Below are positions 26,127 through 35,841 of a stretch of 64,000 nt of DNA, piece by piece. This stretch comes from Patescibacteria group bacterium (GTDB lineage Bacteria; Patescibacteriota; Microgenomatia; UBA1400; PJMF01): positions 118,236 to 182,235 of the forward strand of contig JAZQJV010000018.1 in NCBI GenBank assembly GCA_045541795.1. Reading direction: 5' to 3'. A program made the translations under genes and the position numbers. The notes below the pieces were generated by a model, which did no database searches, had not been told where the DNA came from, and worked only from the letters and a program-made list of their open reading frames with translations. Positions within the stretch are counted from its first letter, which is position 1. Each line of letters opens with the position of its first letter.

Positions 26127-27791
26127 ATGTCAAGGACTAAATATGAATTTGAATTATATCAGGCTGAGCCGATGGCCGACCTGAGAGAAGTTATTAATTA
26201 TGCCGCCCAAAGTTACGCCGATAAACCGGCGTTTATTTTTCAGCAGCACCTTGAGGATGAGCCAGAAAAGATCACTTTTGCTCAGTATCGGCAAGATATT
26301 AAAGAAGTCGCCTGCGGGTTGATTAGCGCGCTCCGGATTGACGTTAGTCGTCGTGACAGCAAAAAAATCGCACTGCTTGCGCCTAATAGTTACTGGTGGT
26401 CAGTCTGCTACCTGGCCGTCACTACCATCGGTCATGTCATCGTGCCTCTAGATCCTAATTTGCCTAGTGATGATTTACTATCATTTATGAAGCGCGCGGG
26501 AGTAAGTTCGGTCATTTTCACGCCTACTATCAATGATAAAATTGCCAGCCTTAAAAATTCTTTGGTCAAAATGAAGCATTACATCGCCATGGGCGAAGCC
26601 AGTGAGGCCACAATTACACTAGAAAAAGTGCGCGCTGCCGGCATCAAGCAACTGCAAAAAAATCCGGGTCTTTATGATGAGATCACTATTTTCCCAGATA
26701 GCCTGTCGACTTTGCTTTTTACCTCTGGTACCACTTCTACACCCAAAGCAGTAATGCTCACTCACAAAAACCTCGCCTCAGAGTTGGCTGGTATGCGCCA
26801 GTTTAACGACTTCCAAAACGAACGCCTACTTTCGGTACTTCCACTTTACCACTCGTATGAGTTTATGGTAGGGTTACTTTTCCCGATCTACTGCGGCTGC
26901 ACTATTTACTATTTGCCGGGCGGCTTGCGCGCTTTCACCGATCAACTCGAGCGTGTTCGGCCGACAGTGATGGTCTTAGTACCTTTGGTGATCGAGGAAG
27001 CCTACCGCCGGGTACGAGCAAGTTTGGATGATCCCGAAGATCACGAGGCCTTGGCGGCAGCCCTAAAAAATTACTACGGCGGACAACTGACGAGAATCAT
27101 TGATGGCGGCGCGCCTATCAATAGTGACATCGCCGAGATTTACGACCGCTCCGGCATCAAGCTCCTGCAAGGCTACGGCATCACGGAATGCTCACCAGTA
27201 GTTTCCATGAATCCAGACCGCTATTACAAACCACGCAGTATCGGTATGCCGTTGCCCAATATCCGGGTGAAGATTTTTGAGCCCGATAGTGAGGGAGTGG
27301 GGGAAGTCATCGTGCGCGGGCTCACAGTCATGCTTGGCTACTATAAAGATGAGCGCAAAACTGATCAAGCCATCATTGACAATTGGTTGCACACGGGTGA
27401 TTATGGCCGCTTCGATGAAGATGGTTTTCTCTATGTGGTGGGGCGCAAAAAAAACGTTATCATCGGTAAAAACGCCAAGAAAATCTACCCGGAAGAAGTA
27501 GAATATCATCTCACCTGCTGCCCGGAAATTCGTGAGGCGATGGTTTACGGTCAGGCAGTAGATGATGATACCAAAGTCGCGGCTTTACTGGTGATTGACG
27601 AGGATAATTTCCGCCGTTACCACAGCGAACTCGGCTCTAAGCCGACACCTGAACAAATCCAAAAAGTGATGGCGGGAGTAATTGAAGCTGTCAACCAGGC
27701 GAATGTCAAATACAAGCGCATCTATAATTGGCAGATTGTCACCGCCTTACCGCGGACAGCAACAGGTAAAATAAAAAGGAATCAAGTTTGA
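26127..27791 (+). CDS. AMP-dependent synthetase/ligase (fatty acyl-AMP/CoA ligase-like)
   Basis: AMP-binding motif LLFTSGTTSTPKAVMLTHKNL. C-terminal GDYGRFDEDGFLYVVGRKKNVI and a TGK near the C-terminus. Confidence 0.7.
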   Translation: MSRTKYEFELYQAEPMADLREVINYAAQSYADKPAFIFQQHLEDEPEKITFAQYRQDIKEVACGLISALRIDVSRRDSKKIALLAPNSYWWSVCYLAVTTIGHVIVPLDPNLPSDDLLSFMKRAGVSSVIFTPTINDKIASLKNSLVKMKHYIAMGEASEATITLEKVRAAGIKQLQKNPGLYDEITIFPDSLSTLLFTSGTTSTPKAVMLTHKNLASELAGMRQFNDFQNERLLSVLPLYHSYEFMVGLLFPIYCGCTIYYLPGGLRAFTDQLERVRPTVMVLVPLVIEEAYRRVRASLDDPEDHEALAAALKNYYGGQLTRIIDGGAPINSDIAEIYDRSGIKLLQGYGITECSPVVSMNPDRYYKPRSIGMPLPNIRVKIFEPDSEGVGEVIVRGLTVMLGYYKDERKTDQAIIDNWLHTGDYGRFDEDGFLYVVGRKKNVIIGKNAKKIYPEEVEYHLTCCPEIREAMVYGQAVDDDTKVAALLVIDEDNFRRYHSELGSKPTPEQIQKVMAGVIEAVNQANVKYKRIYNWQIVTALPRTATGKIKRNQV

Positions 27792-27847
27792 GCTTGCATT
27801 TTGCGCGCAAACGTTATATAATATTAAAAAGTTGTCTGAAAGGGGTT

Positions 27848-28243
27848 ATGTCAGATAATGCAAAAAAAATCTTACTCGTAGAAGATGAAACAGAACTGCG
27901 AGAGCTATACAAAATCCTCTTACAAGGGGAGAATTATCAGGTAGATGCTGTCGGTGACGGCAAAGCCGGACTGGAAGCAATGAGTCGCGGCGGCTATGAT
28001 TTGGTCCTTTTGGATATCATGCTGCCATTCATTGACGGACTAGATGTGCTTGAGCGCAATGCTAAATCGGATATTGCTACCAAGCAGCCCAATAAATCCG
28101 TGGTTTTGCTTACCAATTTGGCTCAAGACCAGACCATTGCCAAGGGGCTGGAGTACGGCGTGCGTGGTTACATGATCAAAAGTGACTACAACCCAGAACA
28201 GCTATTGGAAGCGGTCGCTGATTTCATCGCCAATCCGGCTTAG
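27848..28243 (+). CDS. single-domain response-regulator receiver (CheY-like)
   Basis: KKILLVEDE...YDLVLLDIMLP..DG matches a receiver domain (phospho-acceptor Asp in LLDIM). No output domain. Confidence 0.65.
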   Translation: MSDNAKKILLVEDETELRELYKILLQGENYQVDAVGDGKAGLEAMSRGGYDLVLLDIMLPFIDGLDVLERNAKSDIATKQPNKSVVLLTNLAQDQTIAKGLEYGVRGYMIKSDYNPEQLLEAVADFIANPA

Positions 28244-28250
28244 GTGCCGT

Positions 28251-28631
28251 TTACATCCCATCTACCAATGTGGGGACACTGATGCCACTAGCATCTGTGC
28301 CGAAGGCCACCGTCAGGACGAGCTGGAAAACGGCCCAGGTGCATGCCAACACTAAAATACCGATAATGGCGGCTAAAATCTGATTACGGGCGTCTTCGAC
28401 TTTACCCTTATCGCCGCCAGAAGCGATCCAGTGAATGGCGCCCATGATGAGGTGATAAAGAGTTAGTAAAGCCGCTACCATGATAGTGAGCGTAAACACG
28501 TTATGCAAAAGCGAGCCAGCACTGGGGTTGATTTTCAGACCGCCGACGCCATTGGGATCGAGATCGTTGAGATTAAAAACCCCCGCCGAAAACAGCGGAA
28601 TACTTGCCAGTTGACCGTACTTTTTATTCAT
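28251..28631 (-). CDS. small two-TM membrane protein, VirB2/TrbC pilin-like (paralog A)
   Basis: TM1 is followed by the loop ASGGDKGKVEDARNQ and then TM2 (ILAAIIGILVLA). This aligns with the loop and TM2 of the 40090 gene (SGGNPSGFETAKNTFTYAIFGFVLA). Confidence 0.4.
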   Translation of the reverse strand: MNKKYGQLASIPLFSAGVFNLNDLDPNGVGGLKINPSAGSLLHNVFTLTIMVAALLTLYHLIMGAIHWIASGGDKGKVEDARNQILAAIIGILVLACTWAVFQLVLTVAFGTDASGISVPTLVDGM

Positions 28632-28880
28632 TTACACTTTCTAACAATAAGTACTATTATATACCCATTTGATCATTTTGTCAAGAGGGGAAACGCATTC
28701 CGCTGTCACCAAGATTATCGGAACTGTATCCCATCTAGTAAATACGGATTGGCTGGCGCCGTGGCTTCATCAGCCGTCAGATTAAAACGTTTCACCGTAT
28801 TCCATAAAAGATATAGTTTGTCAAAGGTGAATGCAACTGCCACCCACATTGTCATCCAAGCGTGATATAATAAGATGTAG

Positions 28881-29546
28881 ATGCAAAAAATTTGGCAAGC
28901 AATTGGTGATTTTTTGGTAGGGTTGATCTATCCACCTTTTTGCGTACGTTGCGGGCAAATCGGCACTCTTTTTTGCGATCGCTGCTATACTCATCTCAAT
29001 TTCATCACCACCAAAAACCTAGTGCCATCACTTTTTCGTGACGAAAAAAACCCGGTGTATCTGGAAAATGTGACAGCCCTGTGCGTCTACGACGCTGTAC
29101 TGAAAAAAGTTTTACATCAATACAAATACGGCGGCGTGCGCGATCTTTTCCGGTCATTGGCTTACTGGCTTTATGAATTTACATCCTGGGACGCAGACAT
29201 TATCACTTACATTCCCATTCATAAAAAAAGGAAAGTGGAGCGCGGCTATAATCAAGCCCAACTTCTAGCACAGGAATTGTCGCGCTTGTCCGGCATTCCT
29301 TGCGTCAGCCTGCTCGCTCGTCCCGTCTACAAACAAAAGCAAGCCTTAAGCAAAAATAAAGCCGAGCGTCTTGCCAAAACTAAAAACATTTTTGCCGCCC
29401 GCGAAAATGACCTCGATCGTCGTCTTAGAGTTCTAATAATTGATGACGTAGTCACTTCTGGCGCTACTCTCAATGAAGCGGCGCGGATTCTGCATGATGC
29501 CGGTTTCCAGCACATCCAAGCCTTGGCAGTAGCGCATGGAGATTGA
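28881..29546 (+). CDS. comFC: ComF-family phosphoribosyltransferase-domain protein
   Basis: N-terminal Cys4 (CVRCGQ...CDRC). C-terminal PRTase motif VLIIDDVVTSGATLNEAARIL. The -10 gcgTGaTATAAT ends about 9 nt before the ATG. Confidence 0.65.
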   Translation: MQKIWQAIGDFLVGLIYPPFCVRCGQIGTLFCDRCYTHLNFITTKNLVPSLFRDEKNPVYLENVTALCVYDAVLKKVLHQYKYGGVRDLFRSLAYWLYEFTSWDADIITYIPIHKKRKVERGYNQAQLLAQELSRLSGIPCVSLLARPVYKQKQALSKNKAERLAKTKNIFAARENDLDRRLRVLIIDDVVTSGATLNEAARILHDAGFQHIQALAVAHGD

Positions 29547-31344
29547 TATGTCAGAGATTCAAGACATCAAAGATCGGGTGGTTTTAAGTGAAATTATAGG
29601 CCGTCACGTCAAGCTTACTCCGGCTGGCACTTACCTCAAGGGCCTTTGCCCTTTTCACCATGAAAAATCTCCTAGCTTCCACGTCAACGACCAGCTCGGC
29701 TTTTATAAGTGTTTTGGTTGCGGTGAGGGAGGGGATGTCTTTAATTTCCTGGAAAAATACGAAGGTATGACTTTCCGCGAAGCACTAGAGTATTTGGCAG
29801 AAATGACCGGCGTCCAGCTTGTCAACCGTCAAAGCTCGCCCGAAGACAAACTGCGCGAACGCGTCCTTAAATGCCTAGAGGAAGCCGCTAACTGGTATCA
29901 AAAAAACCTCTCTGAGCCGGTAGGTGAGCAAGCCCGAAAATATCTGCAAACGCGCGGTACTAGTAGCACACTGATCAAAGATTTCAAACTCGGTGCCGCT
30001 CCTGATGATTGGCAAGCACTCTGTACTTTCTTGCGCCGTCAAAAATTTAGTGATGAAGAAATTGTCGCCGCCGGCCTTGCTAGGAAAAAAGATACTGGCC
30101 GGATTTACGATGCTTTCCGTGGTCGGCTGATGTTTCCACTGCGCAACCATCGTGGTCAGGTAGTTGGTTTTTCCGGTCGTCAGCTCGTCACCAATCCCAA
30201 CGAAGGTAAATACATCAATACCCCAGAAACTATGGTCTATCACAAAGGCAAAATGTTATACGGTCTTTATGAACATGCGGGGCCGATCCGCAAAAATAAG
30301 ACCATGCTGATCGTGGAGGGCGAGTTTGACATGCTGTCTAGTACTCAGGCTGGAGTGGACTTTGTCTGCGCGATCAAAGGCTCAGCGCTTACGGCCGATC
30401 ATGCCACACTAATATCCCGGTACACCAATAAAGTTTTGCTCTCGCTTGACAGCGATAATGCCGGCATTAATGCCACCAAAAAAGCCATCAAAGCGCTGCG
30501 TCCGCAAGGAGTAGAACTGCGCGTAGTAATGATAGAAGGCGGCAAAGACCCAGATGAGCTTGCCCGGAGTAATCCTGCCTCATGGCGTGAACAGGTCAAA
30601 AAAGCAGTGAGTGTTTATGAATTTTTCATTCAAGTCATCACGACCCAAAACGATATTCGTACGATCGACGGCCAAAAACACGTCCTCCAGGAACTCGGGC
30701 AAATTTTCCCGCTGATAGACAACCGCCTGGAGTACGAATTCTACCTCAAAAAAGTCGCCTCCATCCTCAATCAAGACCTCGAAGTGGTGCGCGCTGACAT
30801 CCAGCAATACGGCCAACTCTTGCCAAAAGATCCGCCATCATCTCCTAAGCTCCAGGCTCATCCCCCCAAAAAATCCTCTGGCACTCCCAAGCTCAAGCGT
30901 CAGGAGGCCTATGTCTGGTTTCTTTTCTTGCAATGTCTGGCTCGGAGCGAGCAAATTGCCGATGCTAGTACTTACGTCATTCATGCTGACTGGCAGACGC
31001 CGTTTTTGCGCCAACTTGCCAGTGCCTATCAGGATTATTATCAAAAAAATCCTCAAGCCACGCTCAAGGGTTTTCATCAATCACTACCAGAGGATTTCCA
31101 GGATAAAGTCGCACTTTTGAGCCTTAATCAAAATTTCCTCACGCTGGCGGGCAAAACCAATCTCCAGACAGAATGGCTCAAGCAATCAAAAGCTCATGAA
31201 CGCCTGGTGGCGACCCAAAAAATTGCCGTACTTGCGGCGGAAATCGCTGCCTTGGATAAAATTGATGACCCCACTCTGGAGCAAGAAAAACACAAAAATG
31301 AGCTCCTCCAACAGGTGGTCGAGCTGCGCAGATTTAAACTCTAA
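29536..31344 (+). CDS. dnaG: DNA primase
   Basis: CHC2 zinc finger (CPFHHEKSPSFHVN...YKCFGCGEGGD). TOPRIM region (LIVEGEFDMLS...DSDNAG). Confidence 0.8.
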   Translation: MEIDMSEIQDIKDRVVLSEIIGRHVKLTPAGTYLKGLCPFHHEKSPSFHVNDQLGFYKCFGCGEGGDVFNFLEKYEGMTFREALEYLAEMTGVQLVNRQSSPEDKLRERVLKCLEEAANWYQKNLSEPVGEQARKYLQTRGTSSTLIKDFKLGAAPDDWQALCTFLRRQKFSDEEIVAAGLARKKDTGRIYDAFRGRLMFPLRNHRGQVVGFSGRQLVTNPNEGKYINTPETMVYHKGKMLYGLYEHAGPIRKNKTMLIVEGEFDMLSSTQAGVDFVCAIKGSALTADHATLISRYTNKVLLSLDSDNAGINATKKAIKALRPQGVELRVVMIEGGKDPDELARSNPASWREQVKKAVSVYEFFIQVITTQNDIRTIDGQKHVLQELGQIFPLIDNRLEYEFYLKKVASILNQDLEVVRADIQQYGQLLPKDPPSSPKLQAHPPKKSSGTPKLKRQEAYVWFLFLQCLARSEQIADASTYVIHADWQTPFLRQLASAYQDYYQKNPQATLKGFHQSLPEDFQDKVALLSLNQNFLTLAGKTNLQTEWLKQSKAHERLVATQKIAVLAAEIAALDKIDDPTLEQEKHKNELLQQVVELRRFKL

Positions 31345-31389
31345 AAAATTGCCAGCCAAACTGCCCAAAAGTGTGATATAATATAGCAT

Positions 31390-31632
31390 ATGCCAATTTT
31401 GAAAAACGCAAAAAAAGCTTTACGTAGTAGTGAACGCAAACGGGTCATCAACCGCCGCGTCAAAACCCAAGTGAAGACTTTCATGGACAAAGTCAAAAAA
31501 TCTGGTTTGGCCGCTGATGGCAATGCTGCTTATTCCGCTATTGATAAAGCCGTCAAGAAAAACTTGATCCATCACAATAAAGCTGCCAGGCTTAAAGCCC
31601 ACGTCGCCAAGGCCATCAAAGCCAGCAAGTGA
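31390..31632 (+). CDS. rpsT: 30S ribosomal protein S20
   Basis: MPILKNAKKALRSSERKR..N...K......I.HHNKAARLKAHVAK matches S20. Leaderless from gtgTGaTATAAT. Confidence 0.8.
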   Translation: MPILKNAKKALRSSERKRVINRRVKTQVKTFMDKVKKSGLAADGNAAYSAIDKAVKKNLIHHNKAARLKAHVAKAIKASK

Positions 31633-31672
31633 GCCCTGTCCTGCTTGCCTGATACAGCCAGAAAGGTGTGGT

Positions 31673-33496
31673 ATGAACTCTGATACTTTACCAGTGTCTA
31701 GTGATAAGATCCGCAACTTTTCTATAATTGCTCATATTGATCACGGCAAGACCACGCTGACCGATCGTCTTTTGGAGCTCACGGGCAACGTCACTCGGGG
31801 ACAGGCGGAGCGAGTCATGGATTCCAATCCCATCGAAAAGGAGCGCGGCATCACCATTAAATTAGCTCCGGTCAGGCTTAATTACCGCGGCTTTCAGCTC
31901 AATTTGATTGATACACCAGGGCATGTAGACTTTAATTACGAGGTTTCCCGGTCTCTGGCAGCCTGCGAAGGCGCGCTCCTCGTGGTGGACGCTACTCAGG
32001 GAGTGCAGGCTCAGACTCTTTCAAATTATTACAAAGCCGCCCGGCTCGGCCTCAAAATCATCCCCGTCATTAATAAAATCGATCTACCAGTGGCCGATGT
32101 GGAAAAAACCACGCTCGAACTGATGGAAGCCTTTGATTTTGCTCCCGAAGATGTGATCGCTGTCTCGGCCAAATCTGGCGTCGGCGTCGAGAAAATCTTA
32201 GACGCCATCATCCGGCAAATCCCGCCACCCTCAAGTAGTCAATACGCCGGAGCGCCGGATGATCCCGCTTGCGGCTCTATCATCACTGCCACTTTTGACC
32301 GCCATCGTGGTGCTGTCGCTTATGTCCGCATGTACCAAGGACAAATCCATCATGATGACAAACTCATCTTCTTGGCCAACGGTCAGACCTGCCATCCGCT
32401 GGAAATTGGCTGCTTTTCGCCGTCAATGACGCCACTGTCGACACTAAGCGCCGGTGAGGTCGGCTATATTTGTACTGGTCTCAAAGACATCCGTCAGCTA
32501 GCCATCGGCGATAGTTTTACCACTTTTCCCGCTGATCCCGCCGTCCAGCCACTGCCGGGATTTAAAAAAGTCCAGCCAGTAGTCTTCATGGAAGTTTATC
32601 CTATTGATGCCGATCTTTTCCCGTCGCTCCAGGATGCCGTCATTAAACTTTCTTATCACGATGCCGCCCTCACTTATTCCACCACTCATTCCAACGCTTT
32701 GGGATCGGGGATCAAAGTGGGTTTTTTGGGAATTTTACATGCTGAGATCGTCCTTGAGCGCCTTAGTCAAGAATTTAATCTCGATCTGATCGCTACCGCG
32801 CCCACCGTGGATTATAAAGTAACTCTCACCACGGGTGAGCAGTTGCACGTCTTCACGCCTTCGGATCTACCGGATCCGTCGCAAATCGCCCAGATCGAAG
32901 AACCGATCGTCCGCCTCGAAATTTTCACGCCTGAGCTTTACGGCAGCGACATTATCCAATTTGTCCGTTCTCGGCGCGGCGAGCTGACCAGTAGCGAGTT
33001 TACCGCTGGCAACCTCAAAATTATTTTTAAGCTCCCCCTAAGCGAACTCATCACCGATTTTCACGATCAGCTCAAATCATTAAGTTCTGGTTTTGCTTCT
33101 CTTGAGTACGAACAAATTGGTTACCGGGCAGTAGACGCTGTCAAAGTCAGTATCCTTTTGGCCGGTGAGCCAGTGGAAGCCCTCAGTTTTATTGCCCTCG
33201 AGTCACAAGCAGAAGCCAAAGGTCGAGCAATGGTGGAAAAACTCAAAAAAGTTGTCCCGCGCCAGATGTTTGAAATCCCCATCCAAGCCGCCATCGGGGC
33301 CAAAGTTATCGCTCGCGAGACAATCAAAGCCTACCGCAAAGACGTGACAGCTAAACTTTACGGCGGCGACGTCACTAGGCGTCAAAAACTCCTCAAAAAG
33401 CAAGCTCGCGGCAAAAAACGGATGAAGCAATTTGGCAAAGTCAATCTCGATCAGGATGTATTTTTAAGCCTTTTGCGCCAAAACACGAATGAGTAG
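31673..33496 (+). CDS. lepA: elongation factor 4
   Basis: IRNFSIIAHIDHGKTTLTDRLL... and the LepA-specific C-terminal region. Confidence 0.85.
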   Translation: MNSDTLPVSSDKIRNFSIIAHIDHGKTTLTDRLLELTGNVTRGQAERVMDSNPIEKERGITIKLAPVRLNYRGFQLNLIDTPGHVDFNYEVSRSLAACEGALLVVDATQGVQAQTLSNYYKAARLGLKIIPVINKIDLPVADVEKTTLELMEAFDFAPEDVIAVSAKSGVGVEKILDAIIRQIPPPSSSQYAGAPDDPACGSIITATFDRHRGAVAYVRMYQGQIHHDDKLIFLANGQTCHPLEIGCFSPSMTPLSTLSAGEVGYICTGLKDIRQLAIGDSFTTFPADPAVQPLPGFKKVQPVVFMEVYPIDADLFPSLQDAVIKLSYHDAALTYSTTHSNALGSGIKVGFLGILHAEIVLERLSQEFNLDLIATAPTVDYKVTLTTGEQLHVFTPSDLPDPSQIAQIEEPIVRLEIFTPELYGSDIIQFVRSRRGELTSSEFTAGNLKIIFKLPLSELITDFHDQLKSLSSGFASLEYEQIGYRAVDAVKVSILLAGEPVEALSFIALESQAEAKGRAMVEKLKKVVPRQMFEIPIQAAIGAKVIARETIKAYRKDVTAKLYGGDVTRRQKLLKKQARGKKRMKQFGKVNLDQDVFLSLLRQNTNE

Positions 33497-33512
33497 ATGA
33501 TATAATAGTACC

Positions 33513-34127
33513 ATGCAAGATAAAGATGGACGCCAACTTGATCAAAAAACTATTGCCGCTAAAGTGAGCCGCCGGTTGCAGGCGTATTGGCTAGAATTTG
33601 TCACTGGTTTTTTATGGTGGTTCGTCGGTCATATCCCGTTTCACACCGTCCGCAAACTTTTTTACCGTCTTTCTGGCATACGTATCGGCCGTCATTCCAC
33701 CATTCATATGCGCGCGCGCATTTTTGATCCCCGTTTTATCACTATCGGCGATGACACGATTATTGGCGAACGCGCGACGCTTGATGGTCGCCGTCAACTG
33801 CCGGGCTCTGACAGCTATCTGTGCATCGGCAATCATGTGGATATTGCCTCGGAAGTGATGATTTGGAATAGTGAACATGATCTAAAAAGCCCTACTTGGG
33901 CGGCTCGTGAAGAGCCGGTAATCATTGATGATTATGTTTTTATCGGCCCGCGCGCCATCATCTTGCCGGGGGTCAGGCTGGGGCGGGGGAGTGTGGTCGC
34001 CGCGGGGGCGGTGGTCACCAAAGACGTGCCAGCCATGACCATTGTCGCTGGCGTCCCCGCCAAAAAAATCGGCGAACGTCAGGGAGCGCTTGATTATCAG
34101 CTCGGCCGGTATCGGCTGTGGCAATAG
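33513..34127 (+). CDS. left-handed beta-helix (hexapeptide-repeat) acetyltransferase with N-terminal TM segment
   Basis: Hexapeptide repeats (IGDDTIIGERATL, VFIGPRAIILPGVRLGRGSVVAAGAVVTKDVPAMTIVAGVPAKKIG). Leaderless from gaTGaTATAAT. Confidence 0.6.
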   Translation: MQDKDGRQLDQKTIAAKVSRRLQAYWLEFVTGFLWWFVGHIPFHTVRKLFYRLSGIRIGRHSTIHMRARIFDPRFITIGDDTIIGERATLDGRRQLPGSDSYLCIGNHVDIASEVMIWNSEHDLKSPTWAAREEPVIIDDYVFIGPRAIILPGVRLGRGSVVAAGAVVTKDVPAMTIVAGVPAKKIGERQGALDYQLGRYRLWQ

Positions 34128-34472
34128 TCATTCCCAATCAGTGACAGATTGGCAGGAATTTGGAATGGGAGAGCCAGCAAAATTGCGTCCCCTCATTTCC
34201 CTTTCTTGTGTTATAATAGCGACAGCACAAGTACAAATTATTGCTGAAGGGAGACGTGAAGAGTTAACAGAAGAAAAATGAACCGCACCAACACGAAATT
34301 ACGATGGATGGCAATCGAAAGCGGAAAGAAGCGAGTGACGTATTCTGGCTTAAGTATAGGTTTTCGATTGAGGAAGCTGTTATAGCGACTCCTGAGATAA
34401 TTTGTGCTTGTGCGGGTCGGAGAGTCGCTCGTTTCTTTGCGTCAGCATACCTTTTGCAGCTAGAAAGCACGT

Positions 34473-35684
34473 ATGAACGGGAAAATAGTGCCGGTGTTTT
34501 TGGCGGCAGTTTTACTTCTCCCCTTATGGAGGGGAGATAGGCATACCACAGGTACAGCCAGAGGGGAGGTGCAAGCAGCCAGTAGTGCCACCACCAAAAA
34601 ACTCAAAGACGTGGCGCTTGGTGAGGTTATCCAAATTGGTGTTACTAAGTACGTCAAGATCGCTGCCAATAGCTATCAGGCGGTAAAGCCGTATACCTGT
34701 GCTGACCCAGTACTCACTTATGCCGGTGCTAGCAAAAGTTTCACTTATACGGGGAACTATCAGACATTTACGGCATATGCTGGGTGCCAGTACCAGGTGG
34801 AGCTGTGGGGTGCACAGGGCAATGACAACGGTTCAGTACTTGGCGGCAGAGGCAGTTACACTGCCGGATTATTTACGCCAGACGGCACAAGCTCACTTTA
34901 CGTTTATGTCGGCCAACATCAACAGTCAGTGCTAGCAGCTTCCTTTAATTGCGGTTCTACCGGCCCCTTAAATCACGGCGGCGATGCTGTTGGCTACGGG
35001 GGCGGCGGTGCTACAGATATTCGCACCGTAAGCGGAACTTGGGATAATGAAAACTCACTGCGTTCCCGGATCATTGTCGCCGCCGGCGGTGGTGGCAGTA
35101 AAATCTGGGGCGGTTGTAATTCAGTCGGATCTCAAGAAGGGATTTTTGCTGGCGGTATTAGCGGCTATACTGGTCCAGGCTCTGGTTACGCACCCAATGC
35201 TTGCGTCGCCGGGACTGGCGGTACTCAAGTGGCTGGTGGCAGTGCCTCTACGTGTACTGGTAATGGTGGCACCAGAGCGAGTGCGGGCAGCTTTGGTAAA
35301 GGCGGCAATCCTGGCAGTACATATAGCGCCGGTGGTGGCGGCGGCTGGTATGGTGGGGGCGGCGGCACTGCTAGTCACTGTTATATTGCCTGCGGCGGTT
35401 CTGGTTCCTCTTACATCTCCGGCCACACTGGCTGCGTCGGCGTCACTTCACTAAGCGACACTACTCCCAAATCCGGCTGCACCACCGGTACGACTAATAA
35501 TGCCTGTTCGCTTAGCCCTACTGGTCTGAGCTTCACTGACACCGTGATGATTGACGGTGCTGGTTATTCCTGGACAAATGTAAAAGGATCACTTCAACAA
35601 ATGCCCAATCCTGCCGGCGGTTACTACGCGAGCGGCGTGGGTCATACCGGCAATGGTGCCGCCCGTATCACCCGCCTTAATTAA
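34473..35684 (+). CDS. secreted glycine-rich repeat protein
   Basis: Signal peptide (MNGKIVPVFLAAVLLLPLW). Beta-rich N-domain (QVELWGAQGNDNGSVLGGRGSY...LYVYVGQ) then long Gly-rich tracts (GGGGSKIWGG..., SAGGGGGWYGGGGGTAS) with scattered Cys. The promoter tgTGtTATAAT lies about 250 nt upstream. Confidence 0.45.
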   Translation: MNGKIVPVFLAAVLLLPLWRGDRHTTGTARGEVQAASSATTKKLKDVALGEVIQIGVTKYVKIAANSYQAVKPYTCADPVLTYAGASKSFTYTGNYQTFTAYAGCQYQVELWGAQGNDNGSVLGGRGSYTAGLFTPDGTSSLYVYVGQHQQSVLAASFNCGSTGPLNHGGDAVGYGGGGATDIRTVSGTWDNENSLRSRIIVAAGGGGSKIWGGCNSVGSQEGIFAGGISGYTGPGSGYAPNACVAGTGGTQVAGGSASTCTGNGGTRASAGSFGKGGNPGSTYSAGGGGGWYGGGGGTASHCYIACGGSGSSYISGHTGCVGVTSLSDTTPKSGCTTGTTNNACSLSPTGLSFTDTVMIDGAGYSWTNVKGSLQQMPNPAGGYYASGVGHTGNGAARITRLN

Positions 35685-35718
35685 TCACTTACCACTCTTT
35701 CTACCTTTTAGATGTGCT

Positions 35719-35748
35719 CACGCCCGCGAAAGCGGGCGCGGGTTTTTT
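35719..35748 (+). terminator. rho-independent terminator
   Basis: cgcccgc / gaaa / gcgggcg followed by cgggTTTTTT. Confidence 0.55.
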
Positions 35749-35841
35749 AATCTCGTATTTTGTACACAAAACATACCCATTTAACCCCTTGCAATGTGCA
35801 CCACACGATGATAAAATAAAAACGAGAAAGAAAGAATTTTT

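Noticed and set aside
34223-34472. Possible glycine riboswitch in the long leader of the glycine-rich protein gene (contains GGAGAG).
   Set aside because: The conserved CACCGAAGG.GCAA cores and tandem aptamer arrangement are absent.
35047-35454. Antisense and overlapping ORFs inside GC-rich or repetitive genes (35047..35454, 35121..35426, 8009..8356, 41623..42015, 3707..3946, 12675..13100 and similar).
   Set aside because: They lie within better-supported genes on the other strand or frame, have biased low-complexity compositions, and lack promoters or start contexts. They are ORF-finder artefacts.
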